Position numbers and translations under genes: made by a program
Source of the DNA: a virus
Lineage: Duplodnaviria > Caudoviricetes
Strand: one strand, 5' to 3'
DNA length: 63,855 nucleotides
Virus record (IMG/VR): IMGVR_UViG_3300044638_005305
Location: 1-63,855 of that record
Part shown: in pieces, positions 28,901 through 39,296 of the stretch
Position numbering within the stretch: position 1 is the first letter of the stretch
Layout: each line of letters opens with the position of its first letter
The notes under the pieces: model-generated
What the model was told of the DNA's origin: nothing
Database searches by the model: none
The model's input: the letters and a program-made list of their open reading frames with translations, nothing else

Positions 28901-31184
28901 CCCATTGCTTTTCCATTGCTATTGCTGTTTTTAAATCAGCATCAGTATATTTGCCATCATTGTCAACCAAATAGCCTGAAACACCAATGCTGTGCCTATA
29001 CCCGCTATAATTCAAATCGCTTTGGTCGAATTGAGCGCCTTTTCTGAATTGATAGCAACTTGTTTGGTCTTCTATAAAAAACTCCCCTGCGTAAACGTTT
29101 CCGTTGTTTACAGTAACAACTAACTCAAATGTATTGTTTCTTATTGTGCCACCTGAATCTTTTACTGCAATTACATTTGTAGATGTCTTTTGAATCGCCC
29201 TTCTGTTATTCAAATTGTACATTTGCCCCTTGCCCAATTTATCTGTGGTTTCACCCGGATTAGGGAATGAACACCAATGCGATGCAAGGCGTAAAACATA
29301 AGTTCCATTTGGAACATCTGAAATAGTAAGCAAAGAATATACGTCAGAACCATTGTCTGTCATCACCTTTACTAAACCGCTATTTACATTTGGTACTTTA
29401 TATGATGGATAAGCAAGATAGCTTTTATCTACAAGCATATCCTGCCCATCAAACGCACCGCTATTACCCAATAAAGATGGAGTAAATGGAGATGTGAATA
29501 CTTGCTTTGAAACAGAAACAAAGTCTGTGCCAGCTAAATAGCCAACAAAGCCTCCTTCTGGAAGCCATTGCTCGTATTGTTGCCCTTGCTCGGTGTTAAA
29601 TGTTGAATTTCCATATGCGTTTTGATTTACTTGGGTAGGCAACCCTCCCCAAACAGGAATATCAAAAACGCCTTCTTGTGAAGGAAATTTTACTATCGCT
29701 CCTTTTATTTGCCTAATATCCAATAAATTTAATGCAGCATTGCCATTGTAACTTGGATTTACTATTCTGATTTTTGCTGTTATTTCAAATTTAGGCTCAA
29801 ATCCGTCCGAAAATTCTTGCGTAATCTTAGCATCCAAACATTCAGGCGCATCATAGTTTTGCGTAATACCCGCCATTACCAATCTGTTTTTCACATACTT
29901 TTGGCTTTGGTTTTTTATAGGCACATCATCATATAGCTTTGCCGCAAGTGCTGTATCTACTCCTTTGCTATTTACATCATTGTAAAACTTGTAATGAAAA
30001 TAAGGCAACCCATTTCGTACATCATAATATTCGCATGGGTCTAAATCTGCTATTTGTTGCCATTTGCCATCGTTTCTTTCTAATGCAAACACCCTAATCC
30101 ATTTTATAAGCGTCCAATTTCTTGGGTCTTCTAAATCAGGATTATTAAAATCTACATCAATATAGTTAAGCGAATTTGCTTGTGCCGAATTTACCGATAC
30201 ATTTCCTCCCGCTATTTGGCTTATAGGCGACAATGCGCTTTTCTCATTATCGTCATAAACGTATTGTAGTCGAAACTGAAATACCCTATTTCTTACATAG
30301 TTAAACTTTCGGCTTGTATCTTTTCGGTATATAGCCGTAGGATTGAAAGTAGGGGGGTATTTAACGATGTTTATATATCTATCGGTAAATACTTCGCCAT
30401 AATAGTTTTCGGGGTTTGTTACGCCATTTAAGCCCGTTAAAAGGACTTCTGTAATATCAGTTCCTATTTCAGTTATTTCTAACTTGCATTTACACGCTTC
30501 AAACTTAAACTTCGTAGAAAGTCCTTGATTCAATAATACCTCAATTTGCTTTACTGCTAAAGAAGCATCATCAAATGATTGTATTGAAAAATTAAATGTC
30601 TTGCCTATTCCGTTTTCTTTGTAGGTGAAGTTCAAGTTTCCTCCCGATGTAAACGGATTTGTTTTTGGATAGTGAACAACCCATGTTTTATGCTTGTCAA
30701 CCAATCCGGCTTTCTCAATATTTAGCTTTCTTGGCTGTACGTTATCTGTCCAATACAATAATTTGCCGTTTACTAAGTCAACGGATGTGATTTTTGTCCA
30801 TTGCGTCCAACCCATAGACATTAAACAAATCTGATGTATTTCCCCATAAGGGTTATTGGCATCTATTTTGTTTGGAAAGTATCGAAATATTTGGTCGTTA
30901 AATTGGCTGTTCTGAACAAAATAAATGATGCTGTCGCTTTGTTTATCTTCAAATGCTCCAATACACCTATTCCTACCTGTTGGCGCTGTTCCCGAATAAG
31001 AATAAATAGTCTTTACAACTTTTTTGTTCCCTTTTACATTTGTAGTTCCACCAAGTTTTTTGATATAGGATATTCCATTACGGATATTTAAAGCATAGCG
31101 ATAATCTTTGAAATCAATCAATCTGTTTTCGCTATCTGAATCTAATCCGCCTACTGGTAGGTTTAATATCCTTTGTCTTGCCAT
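25920..31184 (-). CDS. Tail nozzle/muzzle (stabilisation) protein
   Basis: GGLDSDSENRLI..YRYALNIR, LLYWTDN.QPRKLNI, FQFRLQYVYDDNEKSALSP, TISWSE...WITFYSFKPE pattern of Bacteroidota podovirus nozzles. Confidence 0.75.
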   Translation of the reverse strand: MARQRILNLPVGGLDSDSENRLIDFKDYRYALNIRNGISYIKKLGGTTNVKGNKKVVKTIYSYSGTAPTGRNRCIGAFEDKQSDSIIYFVQNSQFNDQIFRYFPNKIDANNPYGEIHQICLMSMGWTQWTKITSVDLVNGKLLYWTDNVQPRKLNIEKAGLVDKHKTWVVHYPKTNPFTSGGNLNFTYKENGIGKTFNFSIQSFDDASLAVKQIEVLLNQGLSTKFKFEACKCKLEITEIGTDITEVLLTGLNGVTNPENYYGEVFTDRYINIVKYPPTFNPTAIYRKDTSRKFNYVRNRVFQFRLQYVYDDNEKSALSPISQIAGGNVSVNSAQANSLNYIDVDFNNPDLEDPRNWTLIKWIRVFALERNDGKWQQIADLDPCEYYDVRNGLPYFHYKFYNDVNSKGVDTALAAKLYDDVPIKNQSQKYVKNRLVMAGITQNYDAPECLDAKITQEFSDGFEPKFEITAKIRIVNPSYNGNAALNLLDIRQIKGAIVKFPSQEGVFDIPVWGGLPTQVNQNAYGNSTFNTEQGQQYEQWLPEGGFVGYLAGTDFVSVSKQVFTSPFTPSLLGNSGAFDGQDMLVDKSYLAYPSYKVPNVNSGLVKVMTDNGSDVYSLLTISDVPNGTYVLRLASHWCSFPNPGETTDKLGKGQMYNLNNRRAIQKTSTNVIAVKDSGGTIRNNTFELVVTVNNGNVYAGEFFIEDQTSCYQFRKGAQFDQSDLNYSGYRHSIGVSGYLVDNDGKYTDADLKTAIAMEKQWVGIALQCDLKNALGITVAKDAIPYIQFPYFDGMDIRPACNFVPTDHNGYFVFTRRDDWRLVNWLYQGLASTPTLAFTYTITNLRISTRYARGFDVNGNEILINSLVTYQSDSVLNDIFTGGLTPYTITAFDGGWVGCNQYSYKQFLMPCVLPLSSSQLKTFINGQVADTNGDGWAGVNVVFTGTGRVGLSDNDGDWTIPIYANSLSQPYQQRDDSVIYILNGFTATFSNNNFNNAIIGIGTTYTISQPFTATLNPTTISIQNDLYGKDHKRGGNYIYALRYYDYGGRLCSVVSAPNLNIYIPFITEDLNAVLPDQYLTPNTYKNGKVTLNWELLGKPPEWAYTYQWMRTRDNNYLSYLSWITNSVKYISKTFQDEDNPEIVTSYSNGDATNIMLDISNLAQYKRIYPDSNLFYEFQAGDKIRLIRKQDGTYYEGLFEYEVVSFQTTGSYLIVKNDIGAPEIKAGTQFEVFSRRNLEDEKGQIFYEVGECYPCTAPDSNSNDYSVTSAPFTNGDTYWNPRTILVNDVDTQFTGTFSYIFESSSISDFYESKDSDIGRIGTINRDFVRQFRPTLHVVSNVFIPDTQVNGLSNFESLNSKELDRTYGLVERLIHIGETLYSVCHNKLVSNYIGRRILSEAASDTGVVSIADEFLGTDRATEKDYGTQNGESVIVQDNNVYGVDAYRGLVWRHAENGTTEISAINNRSYFKDALKDGVFDIFGGMDRYYSEYIITITKSVFLAGESVTFEGIDIAILFDELPALQIGETIDVSFYSTQTQSTITYRTAIKLIDGNKVIVEAPIVEGFSSKFTLSNPSIKYRGESETISWSEEKNKWITFYSFKPENYGIVGMKFASFLNGEVWLHDVNEVRNNFYDAQHNSKITPVFSGENTSEKKVWEVAKLEQFQTDQKSNWSAPSITNDYNQFSRLAQTFVKKEEHWSNPFKRDLSDVTVPVNSRILNGRMLRSTTLTVEFENDYTDEFTLKALVAEYIESKAY

Positions 31185-31987
31185 TATCGTTTAACTCCTT
31201 GATGAATATTTTTTCTCATTAAATACAACCATTCGCTTTGCGTCAAGGCATTATCTCTTAATACCATTGACATTGCAGCATTTTGGAAACTTTGCTTATG
31301 CTCATTTACCATTTGTCTATCTACTTGGTTTGTAGAAAATTTACATCTTTGATAATGTACCCAAGATGATAACGCTTCTATTGCGCCATCTTGAACAAAT
31401 GCTGTTCCGTCATCTGCAATTCCGCTACTTCTGTATTCCAAAAGTATCTTATCTACATCAATGTAGCTGTCAAATACTATCCTTCCGCTTCCTATATCAA
31501 TACGATAACCACCCCCATAGTATCCCGAACCCGCTCCATAAACACCTGCGGTATAAACGCCATTATTTACTCTCGAATCCATGTAAGTCCACGCTACATT
31601 AGCATTAAGACCCAATCCCATATCGGTTAATTCCGATGTGTTTAGCCTTGATGAAATTCCTTGTATATCAGCTTCTATTACTGATGAATCACAAGGGCAT
31701 TTTTCTTCTCCTGCTAAACAAATATCTTTGTTCAAATCAAAATTCATTACATACCCATTGATACAAAGCCCTATTTTTAGGTAGTCTATGTAATCAGTTG
31801 GTAGCGGTGCGCTATTAGTATTCTTGTCAATTTCCAAATAAACAGTCTTAACTGTTGGCATCACACTATGTAAGTTCAATTTACGATAGCCGTCTATTGC
31901 CCATTTTAGAAAACGGATATAATGCTTCTCGTCTGAAACATTCAAATCGGTCATTACCGATGCTACTATGTATGCTAAAGTTTTCAA
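31184..31987 (-). CDS. Tail ring/adaptor protein
   Basis: LPTDYIDYLKIG, ILLEYRSSG, AIEAL..WVHY; position. Confidence 0.6.
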   Translation of the reverse strand: MKTLAYIVASVMTDLNVSDEKHYIRFLKWAIDGYRKLNLHSVMPTVKTVYLEIDKNTNSAPLPTDYIDYLKIGLCINGYVMNFDLNKDICLAGEEKCPCDSSVIEADIQGISSRLNTSELTDMGLGLNANVAWTYMDSRVNNGVYTAGVYGAGSGYYGGGYRIDIGSGRIVFDSYIDVDKILLEYRSSGIADDGTAFVQDGAIEALSSWVHYQRCKFSTNQVDRQMVNEHKQSFQNAAMSMVLRDNALTQSEWLYLMRKNIHQGVKR

Positions 31988-32388
31988 ATCTCTTTTATGT
32001 CTATATTGTAAAACGCTTTCATGAGTTTACATTTAATCCTATAAGCAGGTAATTTTCTTGTCATTTCAGATTTTACATCTTCTACAACTTCTTTGCCATT
32101 CTTATTATAGGTAAAGTCTGCTATGTACGAACATATTTTTACGTCATTGTGCGCGAACTTAAATGTTACTTGCTCATGCAATTCACTTATTTCGTCACGC
32201 GCTTCCATTTGTTTCAACTCTAAGTATCTATTCTTTTCCTTAGTAGAATCAAACTTCTTGCCATCAGCAACGGATTTTACATTTCCGTACTTTGCCTTTT
32301 TCACCATTTCAGGATTAGCTTTGCCTACTGACAAATACTCTCTATACTGATTTGGCGACCATACCTCCCCATGATTAGTTAGACACAT
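31984..32388 (-). CDS. DUF1064-like PD-(D/E)xK nuclease
   Basis: KYGN...DGKKFDSTKE..RY, YIADFTY, VVEDVKS, YRIKCKL. Confidence 0.85.
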   Translation of the reverse strand: MCLTNHGEVWSPNQYREYLSVGKANPEMVKKAKYGNVKSVADGKKFDSTKEKNRYLELKQMEARDEISELHEQVTFKFAHNDVKICSYIADFTYNKNGKEVVEDVKSEMTRKLPAYRIKCKLMKAFYNIDIKEI

Positions 32389-32983
32389 TGTTTGAGTTTT
32401 TATCTTCTGGTGTAATTTTTTGCTCTCTCAATACCTGCATAATAAGGTTAATCAAATCACCCTCTATTACGCTTGGAATCGCCAATTGTTCGCTGTCTGA
32501 TACTCCCGAAATAGTTGGCACATACTTCACTAAAACATGAGTATATACGCCATCAGGGATATTCACAAACCATATTCTGTTTTGCTCTAATCTGTATCCT
32601 ATTCTACCGCCTAATCCGCCTACTTCTAAATTACTTATAATGGCTTGTTGACCATTCTTTATTGCTACAAATGTTGTAGTTTCATCTTGAATATCTCCGA
32701 TTTGGCGAATTGTTGAATAACCGGGAAAGGTCAATGCAGGTGTAGGTATATCAGCGTATCTTTGTTTTCTTCGTGAATTGTATTTTAATTCAGATTCTTT
32801 AACTGTTATGAAGTTTTCGAGTGCTTCATCTATGCCAAATCCGTATGTTTTAGCGTAGTTGTCAATTAATTGCGGCATAATCCTATCGGCAACAAACCAA
32901 ACCAATCTTCGGTCAAGTTTTTTGTCTTGGGAGTTATAACCCATAAGTAAAATAATACCGTCTGCTAATTCTACTCTTGTCAT
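32375..32983 (-). CDS. Tail ring/adaptor protein
   Basis: Size and position between ring-protein genes. Confidence 0.5.
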   Translation of the reverse strand: MTRVELADGIILLMGYNSQDKKLDRRLVWFVADRIMPQLIDNYAKTYGFGIDEALENFITVKESELKYNSRRKQRYADIPTPALTFPGYSTIRQIGDIQDETTTFVAIKNGQQAIISNLEVGGLGGRIGYRLEQNRIWFVNIPDGVYTHVLVKYVPTISGVSDSEQLAIPSVIEGDLINLIMQVLREQKITPEDKNSNNVSN

Positions 32984-32985
32984 AT

Positions 32986-33696
32986 CTACTGACCCGCCAT
33001 CTGACGAGTTGTTGCAAAGTTAATCAAATCTCCGTCTTTTAAATTAATTCCGAAATATTTTGCTACAATAATTGCAAAATCATTGTGCATAATATCAGGA
33101 TATTCCAAATCCACAGAGCCAATCGGGTTAAATATATTCTCATCGTTTGGCGTAATTGTGTAATTCCTAAATGGTTTATTTGGCTTTCTAACATAAGTTA
33201 GTTTTATTGTATCGATATCCTTTGGAAACACTTTAATTCCTTGTTGATAAAAAGCGCATATTGGAAAGTCTAATGTAGGGGGTACAATCGTATTGCTTGT
33301 CCTTATCGCTAACTCTCCATCCGTTACTGCTTCTATAAAATTATCTTGCACAATAGGCTCTGCATTGCATCCATCTCCCGCTTCTACATAAATGTATCTG
33401 ATAGATGAAAATGCCACATAGTTTGCAGGTATAGTAAAAAAGCCTTGCGAATTTTTATTAACATCAGCTTCTAAAATAAACCTTTGTACATCATCGGTTA
33501 TTGTTTGGCTTACTTGGTATGATTGTGGCGCTGTTGGTTGCCCTACTTGATATAGTTCGGGTAACCCTAATTTTATCTTCAATGGCTCTAAATACAAGGC
33601 ATCTAAGCATAAGTTAAACTCATCGGGACTAATCGCACCCGATTGCTGCTTATTGCTCATGAAATTAATCCATTGATATAATGCGTCTATTGTCAT
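32986..33696 (-). CDS. Tail ring/adaptor protein
   Basis: NKQQSGAISPDEFN, LTYVRKP, SVDLEYP motifs. Confidence 0.65.
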   Translation of the reverse strand: MTIDALYQWINFMSNKQQSGAISPDEFNLCLDALYLEPLKIKLGLPELYQVGQPTAPQSYQVSQTITDDVQRFILEADVNKNSQGFFTIPANYVAFSSIRYIYVEAGDGCNAEPIVQDNFIEAVTDGELAIRTSNTIVPPTLDFPICAFYQQGIKVFPKDIDTIKLTYVRKPNKPFRNYTITPNDENIFNPIGSVDLEYPDIMHNDFAIIVAKYFGINLKDGDLINFATTRQMAGQ

Positions 33697-33699
33697 TTA

Positions 33700-34746
33700 T
33701 TATGCTGTTCTTGTGTAGTCAATACTAATTTGAGCATTTCCGCCATCGCTGCCCGATGCTGCAAATGTCAATACATCGCCCGCAACAAAGGTGTTGTTAG
33801 CTGTTGGAGTTGATGTTTCTGCCGTTCCAATTACATCTCCCGATGTGAATGTAATTTCTCCATCAGTCATTGTAGTTCCTGCATTATTCTTTGGTGTGAT
33901 TACGCCATCCCCCGTTCCAATTGTTCCGCCAACGCAAGCATATATTCCCGTAATAGTTCCTGTAAAATTCACCCTTATTTTAAATGGTCTATCGCCTGCG
34001 CCAAATACAACACCCGCATACAATGTTCCTGTTATCGCTCCAACACTTGCCGTTCCCGAACTATACTTTAAAAATCCCGTTGCACTTGAATTATCTATTC
34101 CCGTTCCACCTAAAGCTGGAGTTAATTGTGCTGCTGATGAAAGATTGCCACTGCCATCATTTACGATAACGTGGTTAGCTGAACCTGCAAGAATTTTAGT
34201 CCTTGCTATGCTTCCTACCAACATTGTGTTTGTAACCTTTGCTGAACCGATAGCTGTTACACCCGTATTCGATATTGTTACATCTCCTGTTGGCGTAACT
34301 GCTGTTGGAACACCGCTTCCATTACCTACTATAATTTGCGCGCTTGTAAGTCCGCCTAATTTATCCAAATCCACCGAGCCGTCAATTAATACTTGACCAT
34401 CTACCGTGCTTGCTATTTGTGGTATGCTTTCGTTGTAATATGTTAGTCCGTTATATACAACAAACTTATAAATGCAATAGTCGCTCAATAGTTGTGCTGC
34501 GCTTACAAAATATCCGAAAAGGCTTACGTTGTACGAGTTCAAGTCAACAGTTGACAATTTCAACCCTATTTCTATAACTGTCCCATCCGCAGGTTGGCTA
34601 TCCCATCCTACTATTAAATCGTTTGTAAGCGAGAATGTTGCGTCTGTATAAAGACCTATAAAGTCGGGGAAAGGCAATATCGTGGGGTCAATGTTTATTG
34701 TACCACCAATGTTCGTTACCTCATAGTTTATTGCGTTTTGTGCCAT
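33700..34746 (-). CDS. Fibre-like structural protein
   Basis: QIIVGNGSGVPTAV, TGDVTISNTGVTAI, GGTG fibre repeats. Confidence 0.6.
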   Translation of the reverse strand: MAQNAINYEVTNIGGTINIDPTILPFPDFIGLYTDATFSLTNDLIVGWDSQPADGTVIEIGLKLSTVDLNSYNVSLFGYFVSAAQLLSDYCIYKFVVYNGLTYYNESIPQIASTVDGQVLIDGSVDLDKLGGLTSAQIIVGNGSGVPTAVTPTGDVTISNTGVTAIGSAKVTNTMLVGSIARTKILAGSANHVIVNDGSGNLSSAAQLTPALGGTGIDNSSATGFLKYSSGTASVGAITGTLYAGVVFGAGDRPFKIRVNFTGTITGIYACVGGTIGTGDGVITPKNNAGTTMTDGEITFTSGDVIGTAETSTPTANNTFVAGDVLTFAASGSDGGNAQISIDYTRTA

Positions 34747-34752
34747 TGTCTT

Positions 34753-36837
34753 CTATATTTTTTTGTAATGAATAACTTGGAATAATTCACAGGTTATCGG
34801 ATAACCCCCTGCGTCATTTGCGTACACTTGTACGTTAATGGTATTTGCCCATGTAGGCGTATAGGAGCTTTGTGATGTAATAAATCCAGAATTTGCTGTA
34901 CCCGAAAAATTAGAAACATAAGCAACGCCCCACGCTTTTGCGCCCGTTGCGCCCGTTCTTGTAATGCTTGCTTCTAATATAACCGTCTTGGTGTTTCCTT
35001 GCATTAGCGATGCCAAAATTGGCACTCCATCAAAATATACATAAGCCAATTTGAATAGATTATCAGAATCGGGAACTGTAAACCTTGCCTTGATTTGCAA
35101 AATATCATCATTTGCCATTTTCGCTGCTGGTAAAACATAGGTTTTTAGCAACTCTAAGGCATTTGTAGATGTAGTAGAATCCGTTACTGAATTATACAAT
35201 ACCGCAGCGCCATCTTGACCCGCAGCGCCATCTGCTCCTTTGATATTAAATGACAATACCCAAACTCCCGATGTTTTCAAGTAAACATCTCCATTGTCGC
35301 TATCCAAGTACGAATCTCCATTTACGCCATCTGCATTTGACGGAACTCCGCTTCCTTGTATAAAAGATAGTCCATTCAAACCTACTATTGTTGAAAAGTC
35401 GTAAAGGGTAGTCCACCCTCCGCCCGGATACCTTGATTGAAACAAATCGCTTTCTACCCTAAATTCAGGTGTCAATCCGTTTTGCCCATCTGCTCCATTA
35501 ATTACCGATGTTGGAACTACTGGCGAATTTTCATCTTTGCAGCAATCACAATTAGGGTCTGCGCCCGTCCAATCGTAAAAATCATTTACATATTGCGCCA
35601 CCCTTGTTTCATCGCTGCATAATCGCGCTTGTTTTGCCATATTATAGGCAAATGTGCCTTTAAGCAATGCTGATTGTATTTGATTAGCCTTTGCGCTATT
35701 GATGCCTAAATTGTATTTAAAATCGGTGTATAGCTTCTTTAAAGAGCAATAAAGATTACAAAGCAAATCATCGCAAATTACTGTTTGTTCTGTATTTGTA
35801 CTTAGCCTTGTAATTATAGTGCAATCGCCTTTTACCAAAGTAACAATTACTGAAAGTGTTATTTGGTATGTTCCCGTCCATAATTGATTGTCAGGCGCAC
35901 CAAGAAGTATTGTTTCTGCATCTGCTGATACAGAGTTTTGATTACTTGCTATTGGAGGGTAAACAATATGCGTTCTTTCAATTTCTGTTACCGAATATCC
36001 ATTTGCGCATCCATTAAAGCAGTAGTTGCTTGTATCTACCGATTTGTATGTTGCTGTTGCGCAATCCCACGTTTCTGTTAAAGCCAATGTAGGGTTTACA
36101 TCTTTTGGCAAATCAAACAAAAATGTTTTTTCTGTATTGATTAGCGTATATGGGTTCAATTGAGTATAAGTGCAAGTTAAGGTAAAAGGCGTATTATTAG
36201 TTGAAGCCGTAAACAATACGCTTTCATCTAAAAAAGATTGTACAATATCTTGACTCCAATCGCTTGACGGATTTGCTGCTCTATACGTTTGTATTTCGCC
36301 TACAAGTCCAACCGCAGCCATTTCTAAATCATCGCCAAGTTGAATTGTATATGATATGCTTACTCCTGAATAAGTAGCTGTCCATACATCACCTACCGCA
36401 ATAGTCCCCGATAGTGTACTTGTAGTGATTTGCTTTTGAGATACACCCGCGTTTTGAGTTATAGATGTATTTATTTGCCCACTTGACCCTTGTATTACCC
36501 GTACCTTAAAAATATATTGATAAGCCCCGTTTATAGGGTTGTTTGTTCCTGTGAATGTTGGCAATGTAAAATCATTTGCCGTTGAACTTGTTAGCGTCAT
36601 ATCAGGTGAGCTAAAGTCGTTAGTTGCAAAACCTGCGTTTTCATAAGGCACTCCACCAATAGGGGAAATTACCTTGCAGATTATATCAACTGTGTCGCCA
36701 TTTGAAGCTAAAATGCCTAATGCTGTCCAATCCGTAATATCCTCATAAATACTTATGTTTATTGGAGATGTTAGATTGTAAATATCAAACAGATTGCTTA
36801 CTCTTAAAGCGTTGTTTACTTGTTGAACGGTTGCCAT
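34753..36837 (-). CDS. Structural protein with Cys-rich and collagen-like segments
   Basis: NCDCC, GADGQNG, GSGVPSNADGVNGDSYLD, KGADGAAGQDG. Confidence 0.6.
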   Translation of the reverse strand: MATVQQVNNALRVSNLFDIYNLTSPINISIYEDITDWTALGILASNGDTVDIICKVISPIGGVPYENAGFATNDFSSPDMTLTSSTANDFTLPTFTGTNNPINGAYQYIFKVRVIQGSSGQINTSITQNAGVSQKQITTSTLSGTIAVGDVWTATYSGVSISYTIQLGDDLEMAAVGLVGEIQTYRAANPSSDWSQDIVQSFLDESVLFTASTNNTPFTLTCTYTQLNPYTLINTEKTFLFDLPKDVNPTLALTETWDCATATYKSVDTSNYCFNGCANGYSVTEIERTHIVYPPIASNQNSVSADAETILLGAPDNQLWTGTYQITLSVIVTLVKGDCTIITRLSTNTEQTVICDDLLCNLYCSLKKLYTDFKYNLGINSAKANQIQSALLKGTFAYNMAKQARLCSDETRVAQYVNDFYDWTGADPNCDCCKDENSPVVPTSVINGADGQNGLTPEFRVESDLFQSRYPGGGWTTLYDFSTIVGLNGLSFIQGSGVPSNADGVNGDSYLDSDNGDVYLKTSGVWVLSFNIKGADGAAGQDGAAVLYNSVTDSTTSTNALELLKTYVLPAAKMANDDILQIKARFTVPDSDNLFKLAYVYFDGVPILASLMQGNTKTVILEASITRTGATGAKAWGVAYVSNFSGTANSGFITSQSSYTPTWANTINVQVYANDAGGYPITCELFQVIHYKKI

Positions 36838-36850
36838 TCCTTGTTATATT

Positions 36851-36882
36851 AAAAAAGCCGTTGCCATTTACTGACAACGGCT
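36851..36882 (-). terminator. Intrinsic terminator
   Basis: AGCCGTTGTCA/TGGCAACGGCT hairpin plus T-run. Confidence 0.75.
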
Positions 36883-36905
36883 CTATTTGTTATTAAAAGT
36901 TGTTT

Positions 36906-37787
36906 TTAATTTTTCGCATCAACTTCTTTTTTTATCTCTGCAAATACTCCCGTATCGTCTTTGAATTTTAAGAAATTAATCAAAACCTCTACCGCCTCTT
37001 TATCATCTTTGCCATTTGGTATCTTGCAAATCAATGGCTGATTGTAAGACTTTTGCGTAGTTCCCCACACATAGCCTTTTGCATTTCTTACGATAACACC
37101 ATGCTTAATTGCATCGCTTATCAATACTCTCACATCGGCAAGACCATCTTCAAAAATTGCAAAGAAGTCTTGTGGTCTTTCCATTGCCAACTTCTGCAAT
37201 ACCGCTCTCATGTGAGCGTAATCTTCATTAGCAACTGCCAATTCTGCATCTTGGTATCCTCCGGCTCTGTATAGCTTACAAAGTTTTGCTTCGTCAACTT
37301 TTGAATCGTCTGTGATAATTGACATAGCTTTCGCTACCAATTGTCCTCTTTCAAGTTCTTTTTTGTTTTCAGTAGCAAAGTTCTTGATTCTGAAAATAGG
37401 CTTTAGTTCGTGGTCATACTTGCCTTTGTACATTGGATTATCGGCACAATACTTCGAGTTTATCAAAGCGTAGATTAATTCAGCATCCTTTTCTCTGTCC
37501 TTGATAATTTCTCCTTTTATAGAGAATACTTCGGGCTGAAATGATGGGTTTACATGACCATTTACAAAAGGCACTTGATTTTCAGAGTAGATTATTTCTA
37601 CCGAAACGCCCGTATTTGGATTTGTAATGTGGTATCTCATTGGAATACCAAACGTTGAATTAGCTGGCTTGAAACCGCTTGGCGTTAGCCTCCTGCCTTT
37701 GTACTGATTAACCAACTCAAACACCACCTTTTTAGGTAGGTTGCTTGGCAATTCTGCTTGTTTTTTTAATCCGTCAACTAAGAGCAT
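36906..37787 (-). CDS. Conserved hypothetical protein downstream of the capsid gene
   Basis: ORF and position. Confidence 0.7.
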   Translation of the reverse strand: MLLVDGLKKQAELPSNLPKKVVFELVNQYKGRRLTPSGFKPANSTFGIPMRYHITNPNTGVSVEIIYSENQVPFVNGHVNPSFQPEVFSIKGEIIKDREKDAELIYALINSKYCADNPMYKGKYDHELKPIFRIKNFATENKKELERGQLVAKAMSIITDDSKVDEAKLCKLYRAGGYQDAELAVANEDYAHMRAVLQKLAMERPQDFFAIFEDGLADVRVLISDAIKHGVIVRNAKGYVWGTTQKSYNQPLICKIPNGKDDKEAVEVLINFLKFKDDTGVFAEIKKEVDAKN

Positions 37788-37815
37788 ATATTTGTTTATT
37801 TGATTACTTACTATG

Positions 37816-37848
37816 AAAAGGACACCCCTTTTATTGAGGTGTCCTTTT
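37816..37848 (-). terminator. Intrinsic terminator after the capsid gene
   Basis: AAAAGGACACC...GGTGTCCTTTT hairpin. Confidence 0.75.
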
Positions 37849-37859
37849 GTTTTAGGATA

Positions 37860-39263
37860 TTAGAAAGGATTTACCAAAGCCCATCTTTCTGGGATGAAGT
37901 ACTCTCCACCAACATCAGATAGCAAGTGGTATGTCTGCTCATCCAAGTTGTTAGTTTGGTTTGGCGCATTCGCTCCCGTTCTGCTCAATCTGATATACTC
38001 CTTAGAGTTGTTTCTTGGCAAGTATCTCATCTTGATTAGAGATGTAGGTTTAGCTAGTCCGCTTCCATTTACTTTCTCCTTGTCAATTGGGATACATACT
38101 CCTAAGAAGTCTGTTCCTACCGGATTTCCTACTGAATTTGTAACGTTCAATGTAGGGTCAGAGAATTGAGGAATTGAAGTAAAGTGGAAAGTTCTTGTAT
38201 TTGACTTGTATGAATTTACGTTGAACTCTACTTGGCTACCATCTGTTTGTGCCATGTTACCCGACAACAATGAATTGAAACTTGACCCTGCATCTTTATT
38301 CAAGTATGACATAGAGTTGCTTGCCAATGTGTTGTTAAGCGCATCGTTTGTATCTCTTGCAAGTCCAAGACCTTGTGCAAAGATATACTGCTTGTTACAG
38401 AAGTACTTATCCAAGAACGCTTCGATTTGACGGAACGTAGATGGAGTGAAAGAACCCGGAGTGTAAGGCAATACATAAGCACCAGAAGTCATTAACCAAT
38501 CAATCAAACCTTGCATAGAACCTCTTTGTCCTGTTGGAACTACCGAAGTGTTAGTTGTTGGAGATTCAAACCACATAGCCTTAGATATGTTCATCCAGTG
38601 GTCGTAAGTAGCGTTGAAAATGTTTCTTGAAAACGCTCTTGCATCTTCTCCTGTATTGTACTTGTCATACCATTTACGGATAGCTTCTGCTGTACCTGTG
38701 ATAGAAGTAGTTGTAGAGATTATTTGCAATGGGAAAGAGAATTTCTCTGGCGCACGATACGCTGATTTTCTTTCACCATTCACCTCATTCTGTCTGTTTG
38801 AGATAATTGCGATTTGCTCTCCTGCTGCTACTGCCGGGATAACCGATGTTGCATATCTTGGCGCGATAGTTAATACTGGCGCTGATGGAGTTGTTACGTC
38901 TATTGCTGTAATTTCACCAATCACTCCGTTACCGAAACGTACAGTATCTTGCACTTGTGCATAGAACTGATTTGTTCCTGAATAAAGTCCCGATGGGGCA
39001 ATAGTAAAGTTTACAGAAGCACCTGCTGCGCCCGCACTCGTCAACGCAAGGTTTACGATTGGTGAGTTAAGGTAGTCTTCTTCAAAGTGTTCAACATTTA
39101 CGTTTTCAGCTACTTCAACTGCGTGAAGAGCCAAAAGCATTTGAACTAATGTTAGGTCATAGCCATTCTTTTTATATAAGATATTGCTAATCGCTGGCTT
39201 CTCAATCCCAAATAGGGAGTTGAGTAAGTGTGATTCTTGTGAAACCGAAATTGCTGTATTCAT
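37860..39263 (-). CDS. Major capsid protein
   Basis: 467 aa after portal and scaffold, followed by a strong terminator; HK97-like P-domain pattern (QIISTTTSITGTA, MQGLIDW). Confidence 0.75.
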   Translation of the reverse strand: MNTAISVSQESHLLNSLFGIEKPAISNILYKKNGYDLTLVQMLLALHAVEVAENVNVEHFEEDYLNSPIVNLALTSAGAAGASVNFTIAPSGLYSGTNQFYAQVQDTVRFGNGVIGEITAIDVTTPSAPVLTIAPRYATSVIPAVAAGEQIAIISNRQNEVNGERKSAYRAPEKFSFPLQIISTTTSITGTAEAIRKWYDKYNTGEDARAFSRNIFNATYDHWMNISKAMWFESPTTNTSVVPTGQRGSMQGLIDWLMTSGAYVLPYTPGSFTPSTFRQIEAFLDKYFCNKQYIFAQGLGLARDTNDALNNTLASNSMSYLNKDAGSSFNSLLSGNMAQTDGSQVEFNVNSYKSNTRTFHFTSIPQFSDPTLNVTNSVGNPVGTDFLGVCIPIDKEKVNGSGLAKPTSLIKMRYLPRNNSKEYIRLSRTGANAPNQTNNLDEQTYHLLSDVGGEYFIPERWALVNPF

Positions 39264-39296
39264 TTTATTTGAATTTTTTTTGCTTTTTTAAATAAT

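Noticed and set aside
31984-32388. DUF1064 nuclease among tail genes as a novel system
   Set aside because: A common phage nuclease often inserted in late operons, with no linked repeats or partners
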